DNA of 64,000 nucleotides from the NCBI GenBank assembly GCA_010093815.1, contig ML996566.1. The stretch is one strand, 5' to 3'. Made by a program: the position numbers and the translations under genes. This stretch comes from Pseudovirgaria hyperparasitica (taxonomy: Eukaryota). Shown here piece after piece: positions 24,150-33,311 of this stretch. How positions within the stretch are numbered: the stretch's first letter is position 1; each line of letters starts with the position of its first letter. The notes under the pieces were generated by a model. That model was not told the origin of the DNA and did no database searches. It was given only the letters and a program-made list of their open reading frames with translations.

Positions 24150-24674
24150 ATGCAGTTCAAACTTGCCTTCGTTGCTTTCGCCGCCTGCGTTGCCGCTGTC
24201 AACGTCCAGCGTGCTATCGACCCGTACGCATCTGCCCTCTCTCTCCCAAATCAATTTGACTCGCATACTGACTCGGTACACAGAGCCGTTCTCAACGAGC
24301 TGTCCCACGCCATCCCCAAGCAGCTCCTCGAGCGTGCTGTCTCCGACCCATCCGCCCTTGAGGCCGAGTTCGCCAACGGCAACCTTCCTCGCTGGTACCA
24401 GGAGCTCCCAGCTGATGCTAAGAGGTCTCTCAAGGACCTCGGTGCTAAGATCGTTGTCCGCCACGATGCTGCCTCTTCCGCCTCTGGATCCCCATCAGGC
24501 TCTGGTTCATCCGTGATCCCCTCTGGCACTCCCACTGGCGGCTCACCAACTGGTGGTGCCCCTACCACCACTGGCGGCAGCGGTGCTCCTACCTCCACTG
24601 GTGGCGCCTCGTCCAACATGGTTGGTGCTGGTGTTGCTGGTCTCGCTGCACTCGTCGGTATGGTCGCTTTGTAA
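24150..24674 (+). CDS. Small secreted, probably GPI-anchored Ser/Thr/Gly-rich cell-surface protein
   Basis: Signal peptide MQFKLAFVAFAACVAA; PRWYQELPADAK motif; S/T/G stalk; hydrophobic C-terminus (..GVAGLAALVGMVAL). Probable 60-nt intron 24224-24283. Confidence 0.85.
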   Translation: MQFKLAFVAFAACVAAVNVQRAIDPYASALSLPNQFDSHTDSVHRAVLNELSHAIPKQLLERAVSDPSALEAEFANGNLPRWYQELPADAKRSLKDLGAKIVVRHDAASSASGSPSGSGSSVIPSGTPTGGSPTGGAPTTTGGSGAPTSTGGASSNMVGAGVAGLAALVGMVAL

Positions 24675-25483
24675 GCAGTTTCATGGACGGCGTTGCTCTA
24701 ACCGAGCATTTGTATGTATTGGCTATTGCGTGGTCTTTGGACGTCACGTGTGGACGGCATATAGCAGGTCTTGCATAATATATGGGTCATGGTGTGAATG
24801 GATAGAGGTTTATTAATATGTTAATGATACTCCAGTGACCATGAGCACTATTCTTTGCAATCTACATCTTGCGCCTAACCCTTAATCTACACAGGTCAAT
24901 TGAAACACCGTGCTTGGTTCCAAATAATGCGCCCTACCTAGTTGCCACGAGTATGTGTGGGTACAATGGCGCCCAAGGCTCCTACCTTGTTGAGGCATTC
25001 AGTTCCAATGCTCGTAGGCGCAATGTGGTAAAAACTATCGGGTACTACAGGGAAATCATCGGACTCGCCCAGCACCGAGCCACGTATAATTGCCGTGTCA
25101 GTTGAATGTTTGCTCCTGCAAGTAGTTATTTCGACACGAATATCTCTATCGAAAAATGAAAGGTTTGGTTGTGTCCGCATGGATTTGCAGTTGTGTATCT
25201 CGCACGGTCGCTAAATGTTTGACGCTCCTGACCTGCAGTAGCGGCAGACCAAGCCAACGTCATGGGAATTGTATCCATTCATCGTCGTCATCGTGGAGCT
25301 GCGCAGGACTCGCGCTGGAACAATGCACATTGATGTCTACTTTTCACATAACCTAGGTAGCATCCATCAGACTCGCCACAGCTTCAGTGGGCTGTGACAT
25401 AATACCGTCGTCATTGCGTCCCATCCGCATTCGGTAAAACCTGGAGGCGTGGCCTTTCGGTAGGAGCAAGCTCTCGTACAAGA

Positions 25484-26595
25484 ATGTCGTTTCGCGCATC
25501 ACGCTCAATGGCCTCTGCTACTTCAAGATTATCGTCATTATCGTTCCAACTGACAGCTCAGCCCTCTGCGCGAACTTTCGGTCACCAACAAGTTAGAATG
25601 GCAGGTCAATATACACAGCTCAAGCTCAACACTGGTGCTACAATTCCGGCCGTTGGCTTTGGGACTTGGCAAGATAAGGAAGCCCAGGAACCAGCTGTTA
25701 TCGCTGCCCTCCAAGCAGGATATCGTCACATCGACACCGCCCGCATGTGAGTGTGGCATATCTGTGCTGTCATCGTCGTCACTGATATCACTCAAGCTAC
25801 GGCACGGAAGGAGCCGTTGGCAACGCTATCAAGCACTCTGGTGTTCCTCGCTCGGAGATATTCCTCACCACTAAGTTATGGAACAACAAGCACCACCCGG
25901 ATGATGTGGAAGGAGCTCTTGACGCATCGCTCAAGGACCTCGGCACAGACTACGTGGATCTGTATCTGATGCATTGGCCTAGTGCCTTTGCTCGTAGTGA
26001 GAAATCATTTCCCAAGGAATCAGATGGCAAGACCAACGCGATCGCTGACATTGACTACGTTGATACATACAAGGCCATGGAGAAGCTTCTCCAAACTGGG
26101 AAGACAAAGGCCATTGGAGTTAGCAACTTCTCCCAAGCAGAAATGGAGCGACTGCTCAAGGAGACAAGTGTCGTCCCTGCAGCTCATCAGATGGAGATGC
26201 ATCCATGGTTACAACAAAAGACTTTCGCGGACTGGCACAAATCGAAGGGCATCCACATCACCCACTACAGCCCCTTCGGAAACCAAAACGAAATATATGA
26301 CAGCGGTAAAAACATTAGCAAGCTGATGGATGATCCCGTATTGGTCGAGATTGGAAAGGCACACGGTAAGACTGGCGCACAGGTTGCTCTAGCTTGGGGA
26401 GTCACGAAGGGCCACTCTGTCATACCAAAGAGTAAGACGGAGTCTCGCATCAAATCTAATCTTGAGGGAGATTTCAAGTTGAGTACTGATGATCTAGAAA
26501 AGATCGATGGGATCGACAAGAAATTGAGATTCAACGATGCAAGCTCTGGGTTCCGCTATGAGTTCTTCTCGGATCTTGACGGGAAGAAGCGGTAA
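25484..26595 (+). CDS. Aldo-keto reductase (GCY1/YPR1/GldB-like NADP-dependent)
   Basis: LNTGATIPAVGFGTW, GYRHIDTARIYGTE, IFLTTKLWN, DLYLMHWP, IGVSNF and IPKS. Intron 25747-25796. Confidence 0.92.
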
Positions 26596-26966
26596 CTCGG
26601 ATGCACCGATTTAATGTGTAGGAAATGTGAGAGGAGATGCTAGAATATGTGGGGAGATCGTAAGATTAGAGCTGAAGTGTAGCGGGATGTAAGAATATGT
26701 AGAAATAACGTAGGTGCATGTATGTTGCCATTCTATCATGCACGCAGAGACTTGATGCTGTACTATTTCAGATCTCAAATATTATGTCCGTGCATCGGGC
26801 GCGCATCGGCAAGCCGAAATTTGCGTGTGCTTAAACTTCGATTTTTTCCAGCTCTCACATTCTTTCTTTCCACACGCCAACATCGAGGGACAATTCTTTC
26901 CACCGCACGCACTCCAGTTTCCTTATTTTTTCTTGTAAGTACTCTCACATCTTTTACTTCCCTTAG

Positions 26967-27039
26967 ATGATGACCATTACATGAACAATCCAAAGCCTAC
27001 AGCATCATGAAGGACCTTCTATCTCTAGAATTACCCTGA
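26967..27039 (+). ncRNA. Box C/D snoRNA, U45(SNORD45)-like: guide for 18S A156 (human Am159); second guide to the 25S A-loop region
   Basis: C box ATGATGA 26967-73; D box CTGA 27036-39. Guide CTCTAGAATTACC (27023-35) is the exact complement of 18S GGUAAUUCUAGAG, and D-5 pairs the second A. TGAACAATCCAA (26982-93) complements 25S UUGGAUUGUUCA. Confidence 0.85.
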
Positions 27040-27201
27040 TCGTGGTTACGAGTTGTGCTCAACTTACAAGACAATCTTCAATTATTATAACTGACTAATG
27101 AACAGATAGACATCTCCAAGACATGATATCACTCACTGGCCATGACTCTTCAATTCAATAAAAGGTCAGTCGGAAATAATTCTTTTCTTGCACCCGTTGA
27201 A

Positions 27202-27286
27202 GTGATGACATCGAGACTCGGAAAGGCATTCCTCGACCTGAAGATAATATGTTGATCCAGTCGCAATTAGTTTCAGCCTTGTCTGA
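27202..27286 (+). ncRNA. snR41: Box C/D snoRNA snR41 (18S Gm1126 guide)
   Basis: C GTGATGA 27202-08, D' CTGA 27238-41, C' ATGTTGA 27249-55, D CTGA 27283-86. Guide AGTTTCAGCCTTG (27269-81) complements 18S CAAGGCUGAAACU with D-5 on G1126. Confidence 0.88.
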
Positions 27287-27401
27287 TCTTTTTTTAACCC
27301 ACCCTGCATTGCTGAAGATCACTGCTTGCAAACTTGAATCTGACAGCTCTTCTCTAGGTACACCTCATCTTCACCCCCAACAAATATCGTTACGCATCCA
27401 T

Positions 27402-27526
27402 ATGAGGAATTCTTGACGAACGGGCGGACATATTGTGCATACCTTGATCGGCATCTATCAAAACCAAGGCGTACAAACCTTGCAGCTGTCAGGATGGGAT
27501 ATGCTTGTTGAGAACTCGTCACCTGA
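27402..27526 (+). ncRNA. snR70: Box C/D snoRNA snR70 (18S Cm1639 guide)
   Basis: C ATGAGGA 27402-08. ACGGGCGG (27420-27) complements 18S CCGCCCGU, with a degenerate D' (CATA) placing D'-5 on C1639. D CTGA 27523-26; terminal stem GCATC/GATGC. It lies between snR41 and snR51, as in the yeast cluster. Confidence 0.78.
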
Positions 27527-27644
27527 TTGATGCAATGTGTCGACGACCTGTGTCTTGAGAATACAAGAGCATATCATGCTAATTCAGATTCTCACAGGTA
27601 TAATCTCCCTACTCGTTGCGTGTACCACGTTGGGCGTCACCTTT

Positions 27645-27793
27645 ATGATGATTCTTCTATTCACACTGTTTGATCGAGCAATTCTGTAACGAGAATTTCT
27701 TGAACTGATAGTTAAAACACTGAAAATTCTGATTTAATGAGGTATGTGCGGAATTCGCGGGTGCAATGATACATGCTAATAGTGGCAGCCTGA
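27645..27793 (+). ncRNA. snR51: Box C/D snoRNA snR51 (25S Um2729 and 18S Am100 guides), split by an internal intron 27742-27788
   Basis: C ATGATGA 27645-51. TATTCACACTG + D' TTGA (27670-73) targets 25S CAGUGUGAAUA. CTGATTTAATGAG|C + D CTGA (27790-93) targets 18S GCUCAUUAAAUCAG only after splicing. Confidence 0.88.
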
Positions 27794-27942
27794 TATATCC
27801 TTGACGGTCCCCCGACTGATCTGCTTACGATATTCGTGAAAGACAATGGCTAATATTTTGCATGTTGTCAGGTAACGTCGATCACCAACCATAAATGTGA
27901 TACATCTTCGTAAGTCGCTACCAGAACTCTTTCCTCCGGCAC

Positions 27943-28025
27943 CTGATGAGCAAAATATTCGCTGTGTTCTTTCTGAACAACCTTGAAGAGCAAAATATAC
28001 TTAATAATTCACTTTGGAGAACTGA
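27943..28025 (+). ncRNA. Box C/D snoRNA with guides to 5.8S A43 and to the 25S GGUCUCCAAGGUGAA site (U55/SNORD55-like target)
   Basis: C CTGATGA 27943-49. TTCGCTGTGTTCTTT (27958-72) + D' CTGA complements 5.8S GAAGAACGCAGCGAA (G-U pairs allowed). C' TTGAAGA 27983-89. TTCACTTTGGAGA (28008-20) + D CTGA 28022-25 complements 25S UCUCCAAGGUGAA. Confidence 0.82.
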
Positions 28026-28954
28026 TTGTATATTTTTACTTGTTCCGATTTCAGCAATACGATCTTGTGCATCCTGCTGACTTGAATGTAGAATGCTCCT
28101 TGGAAACCGTTACAAACGAAACTGCTGTAGAACGCCGTATGCACAATTAAACAGCTATGAATAATAATATACATAACTTTACAAGTGTCTTTTATCGAAA
28201 TCATGATATGTTAGTGCAAGAGCCTCATGTGTCCTTGCCTCTGCTGCATTGAGGTAAAGTCTCTCTAGTGACACGCAGAGACGACTTCCAGCCTTTCGAT
28301 ACTGCACGCTGCGATCCCATAGCGGGCCACTACTATAGTCATATGGAGTATAACCCAGGCCTAGACGATGATTATAATGTCAATATACAAGCCGTGCAAG
28401 CGGGTCCGCAATCGTAATTTGCCAGTCAAAGCACCCACAGAAGCACATTCTTCAACTCACTAACTCCTCCACCACCATGATACCCAGAGATGGACTGCCC
28501 TCATACCCCTTGCCCCTTCCACACACCCTTCCCCTCCCTACACACTGCACGCACGCACTCTCAAACAAAACTCCCAGCTCTCTAACTATGGCACAAATAA
28601 CCTGTCCAAAAACCAGCTCTCCAAGACACAGCACCTCGCTCTCTCCTCACCTCACTCCCACCCAAATCATACACCCCGTACACACCTTATACACGCAGCC
28701 TTTGCCCATGTCAGCTTCTTCATCTCGCTCTACGTCTACCCCTTTTTCATTGTTCTGTTTTTCATTCTCCGCGTCTCTTTCGCCTCTCTTCTAGAGCTGT
28801 CTGATCCGGTCTGACCTGATCTGGTTCTACGTTCGAGAAGATGTTTTCCTCAGTCGCGGATCCCCACGTCCAGAAGGGGAGGGAGGAAGGGAGGGAGGAG
28901 CGGGCTAGAGGGCGTGCGGTGTTTGGTGTGGTGTGCAGAACGGAGAAGGAGATG

Positions 28955-29225
28955 GAGAGGGAGAGGGAGAGGGAGAGGGAGAGGGAGAGGGAGAGAGAGA
29001 GGAACATACGCGGGACTGGGAAGCCACTTAGTAGGATGTGTAGTTGGAGATGTAGCTGGAGAAGCTTTGTGTGTATGTGTGTATATGTAGTAGAGCTAGC
29101 TAGCTAGCTAGCTGTCTGTCTGTCTGTGTGGCATTCCATGGGGATGTACTATGTACTATCTGGACAGGTATGTATGTAGATAGATATTCCCATACGCCAT
29201 ACACGCAAACACGCAAACACGCAAA
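28955..29225. repeat. Microsatellite cluster: (GAGAGG)6(GA)n, (TAGC)n, (TGTC)n, (ACACGCAA)3
   Basis: Read directly; lies in a low-complexity intergenic region. Confidence 0.9.
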
Positions 29226-29829
29226 GACTCATACACACATACATGCACGCAGTGTACTCTATCTATCCATAGTACCATGATAGCCCTTCTTGAAACGCCA
29301 ACTCAGCAGTTGCAAAAAGACCCCAAAACGTATCTCAAACATTGTATCATGTTCAATATGCGTTCGGTGCGGGAAATTTCCGACTGTATACCCACCCATG
29401 GTCGTGCTGGAAGGAACGTTGAACAATATGCCTGGGGACATTGGGATGGTGGGTACGTACCGAGAATCGACCACCACGACGAACTGTAACAGTAGTACCT
29501 CGGAGCACGTAATAGGCGGCGCTGTGCAATGCTGTTTATACACTCACGTCAGGCATTCACACGAATTGTACTAACAATGTCTAGACAAATATGAGATTCG
29601 GCAAGGGGGTAAGAAATAGGTTCTTGCGAAATTGAAGACATATTGACACGTTCCCGTTCATCCGTAGATGCTTTTGATTTACATGATTTTCGCAATCCCT
29701 CTAGCATGGGCTTCTCTGATTCTTGTGCTATGCTGCACTCCGAGCTAATACGAATGCTGTTCAGTGTTCGTATGATCATTGCTCGAACTTGGCAAAGCTC
29801 CGCATGTATCCTTCTGCGCCTCTTTACAT

Positions 29830-30978
29830 CTAGTAAACCTTCTTTTTCTCGTCCACACTGAATTGACCGGGTCCCATATTCACGAGGAGAAGAAGACCGC
29901 CCCTAACAGAGTTAAATTCGCCAATTGATCGTGGTACTGAGGATCACTTACACGATAGACAGGATCTGGAAAAAATCGTACTTCGCAAAGTCCTTGTGGG
30001 GGTGATGTGGGTGAAGCTGATATACAGATTAGCGCGCAGCCCAACTTCATAGGTTTTGATGACTCACGGTCCAGAAGTTGTTCACAATCAGGTTGAAGAT
30101 GCTAAGGATCAAAACCAGCATGATCGCGCTCCATTTCGCCTTGAAACCGACCACAACCATGACACAGGCAACAAAACCAAGAAGGCTCACGGTAATTCGC
30201 CAGATGCTCCAATCACCTCGGAACACAAAGCCAATGAAGAGGAAGATCAGAAGGACACGTCCAGCGAGCTGGAAGTACATCTTGCGGTCCTTTTCGTCGA
30301 GCGTAGGAAGACCGGCCGGGGCAAATCGCTTGCGCACCCAGGAGTCGGAGAGCACCATGAGAAGACCGCCCATCACCGACAGGTTTCGTAGAAAGAAATT
30401 TAGGTCGAACACGAGACCGTAGCCGATGCCTTGGAGGATCACCACACCAATCAAACCTCCGACCGCGTATTCCGAGTATTTTCTTCCAATGATGAGGATC
30501 GAGCAAGATGTCATTGCGATAACGTTTATGATGAGGAACAAGTGTGTAACGCCGGACCAGACTGTTACAATCTGTTAGCTGACCGTAAGCTTTGTTGCAC
30601 GTCAATTCGTACTCTTTCGGTAGTCTTTCAAGTAAATCAGTTGGTCGTTCCATTGCGTGATGATGCGCAGAGCATCTTCTAAGAATGTTACTACAATCAG
30701 GAATCGGCCAATTGCTGGCAGGTATCTGGATGCCGAGAGCGTGTCAGCATATGTCCTGTCTAGATCTCGTCGCGAGCTGTTCACGAGACAATAGAGCTGT
30801 GTGCTACTCACGGTTTGATGGGATCCGAGAAAGTGTCTAGCCAGTCTTCAATCTTGCTGGTCTGCTCGCGAATAGCAGCCAGCGGGCTGGGGTCGTCGGT
30901 TGCGTCAGTCCTGCTTGGTCCACCGAACGGACTCTGATTGCCCAGGTGATAGCCTGCGGTGCCCCGTATTTGCGCCAT
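29830..30978 (-). CDS. ERV29: SURF4-family ER cargo receptor
   Basis: [72 protein letters not shown] (di-lysine ER retrieval). Four introns reconstructed. Confidence 0.95.
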
Positions 30979-32036
30979 GGTCTTGGAGTAGATGCTGATG
31001 AGCGGAGGAGGAAAGTGAAAAGGCAAAATGGAGTGTTAGTTGACAGTGCGGGCTTAAACACTGGCGGGGTTTTAAGATGCTGGGAAGAGGACACGGGGAA
31101 GATGGATGGATGGGTTCCTGTAGCTAGCTAACGACCGGAGAGCAGTAACCGCCGCGCACCCAACGCTCTGCAGGGCACCGGGGAAATCCATCGACCGCGG
31201 CTTGGAACAACAATGATGATACTCCTACACCGCACTATGGACCAATGTCAACACATAGTTTCCCCAGCTCGTTCAGATAGAACCAACATCTCTGTTGATG
31301 CATCTGCTGTATAGGCATAATCTATCTTGTGCGCAAGCCACACTAATCATCGGTGTTTAGCGCATCCAGCCACACTCACTATTGGCTCGTTCCCAATCAT
31401 GTAGTTCCTCCGAAACACCTATTTTTATAATCATCAGTGGAGCATTTGTTATGGGATTACCCTTTTGAAATAAACAGATGCAACGTATATTCCCGGAAAT
31501 CTGAGTCGTGTTTAAGATGATACCCGGCTCGAGTGATGATCCGTAGATGATGTCACACTTGATCCCCGGCCAAATTGCCAGATCATCAGGTCACAGGTGT
31601 TACTCAAACAGAAAGGTTGCATAGTATGTGTGCAAGCATTTTGGTGACAATTTTTATGATACAAGGGAATATCAGGAGTCAGAAGGCAATAGACCCATTC
31701 ATGTTTGACAACCTATGTGCCGACCTCCTCAACCATGAAGCATCATGCGAGAGCTGTCCCGCTCCGTGTTGGATGCTTGTCTGTGCACGCAAAATTCGCA
31801 TTTATCCTCCCATGCAGATGATTAGGGCGCACCAGACGAACATAATTGATAAATTTGCTGTACAAGAAAGGCCCTGAATCCATTGATAGGATGATCGCGC
31901 TTGCGTAAAAGACCGTGGTGACATTCAGCTATCGCCAATGACGAACTGAATCTGCTGTCGTATATGGAGCCAAGTGATAAGACCACAAGATCTTTGTCAT
32001 AGCTTGCAGTATCGCCGAGAGAGAGATCAGAATGTC

Positions 32037-33311
32037 TCACACAACGGCCCAGTCAGACTCGTCGGCGTTGCTCACAACGTCATATATAGAGGGCCCGCCA
32101 ATTGGCTCTGCATTACGAGTAAAGGTCTGCATCGGTACTACAGTCTCCTTCTTGTCTGTCTTCTCCTCTGCGTTGCCAGTGTCACTCACGTTGTCCTCCG
32201 CGGTCGTATCGCTACCTGTCGTCTTCTTCCTTGGACGTCGGTTCGGCACTGTATTCCATCCGGAATCTTCCATGGCCATTCTGACTTGTTCATCTTCAGA
32301 GAGGAATTCGCCCAGGTTCTTCCCAGTAGTGTTGGTAGATGCGTTACTGTTTGGTGCATTGCTAGAGCTCGCCGTAGACGCCGCGTCATTCTCGAACGTA
32401 TCGAGCATTGGAGCGTCACTAGAGCTAGCAGTGATGTTGCTAGCGGTGCTACGAGTCCAGGCACTACTTTGAGCTTTGGCTGTCTGTACACCATTCTTAG
32501 CAGGCTCTCCCCTGTTCTCACGGGCGGTGCGGAGCTGCTTCTCCAACAAGATTCGGCGGTCTTTCTCGTCTTGCTCTTTCTGTAGTCGCTTCTCTTCAGC
32601 CTTGCGACGGTTCTGGCGTTGCTTCTTGCTCTCCTGCGCTGGTGGAGCTTGCTTTGGTTGCTGCTGCTTTTTGGAAGGAGCTGGATTAATCGGCTCCGTG
32701 ATACGGAGAGACGACGGTCCTGGAACACTAGCTGGAAGCATGTCGGATACATCCTTGCCACTAGGCATATAGTCTACAATGGACGTGTTACCAGTGTCGC
32801 CATTTGACTTAGAGGTCAATGGAGTCGCGTTTGCAGCGTTCTGCTTCACAGTCTTACTGCGACCATCCTTGCGCTCAGGCGCCTTTAGTGAAGTTCCGGT
32901 CTTGAGACCAGCAAGTCTTTCCGCCCAGTCGTTATCGTCGGTTTCATCCTTGGTATCATCAGTTGAGGTATGTGTTGGAACTTCGAACGGCTTCGGGTCA
33001 GTCTTTGTGGATTCTTGGGTCTTGCGACCTTTCTTCTCCTTTTCTTTTGGCTTGAACTTTGACTTGGTAATGGAGGCCGAAGCTTCGGAAACTACATCCT
33101 TCACAGGCTCCAAGGCTGCAGTGACAGTAAAAACCTGCTCTTTGCGTTTTGATTTGCCTTCACCGCGCTGCCGGCTAGACTTAGAGGCCACAATGTCTTG
33201 TGAGTCGGTGGCAGGTGTGCCAGTACGCTTCAGTATCTTGTCCTTGTTGGTGAAGATATAGTAAGCAGTACCAAAACCTAACAAGAGGCCCCAGCTCTGC
33301 CACGGCTCCAT
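32037..33311 (-). CDS. Hypothetical protein with N-terminal signal-anchor and a basic/coiled disordered body
   Basis: 424-aa ATG ORF; MEPWQSWGLLLGFGTAYYIF; KKQRQNRRKAEEKR; LSEDEQVRMAME. Confidence 0.75.
   Translation of the reverse strand: MEPWQSWGLLLGFGTAYYIFTNKDKILKRTGTPATDSQDIVASKSSRQRGEGKSKRKEQVFTVTAALEPVKDVVSEASASITKSKFKPKEKEKKGRKTQESTKTDPKPFEVPTHTSTDDTKDETDDNDWAERLAGLKTGTSLKAPERKDGRSKTVKQNAANATPLTSKSNGDTGNTSIVDYMPSGKDVSDMLPASVPGPSSLRITEPINPAPSKKQQQPKQAPPAQESKKQRQNRRKAEEKRLQKEQDEKDRRILLEKQLRTARENRGEPAKNGVQTAKAQSSAWTRSTASNITASSSDAPMLDTFENDAASTASSSNAPNSNASTNTTGKNLGEFLSEDEQVRMAMEDSGWNTVPNRRPRKKTTGSDTTAEDNVSDTGNAEEKTDKKETVVPMQTFTRNAEPIGGPSIYDVVSNADESDWAVV

Larger units (their letters stand above)
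26900..28200 (+). ncRNA. Non-coding polycistronic snoRNA host gene (5 host introns: 26935-27105, 27165-27357, 27358-27597, 27598-27871, 27872 or 27910-28091); ends approximate
   Basis: No credible ORF. Regularly spaced donor (GTAAGT, GTCAGT, GTACAC, GTATAA, GTAACG/GTAAGT), branch (GACTAAT, CTGAC, GCTAAT, GCTAAT, GCTGAC) and YAG signals. Each intron holds one C/D snoRNA. Confidence 0.85.

Noticed and set aside
27319..28204. Short minus-strand ORFs (67 aa x2), initially suggestive of a decayed pseudogene or RIP relic
   Set aside because: Better explained by the plus-strand snoRNA host gene; no protein motifs.
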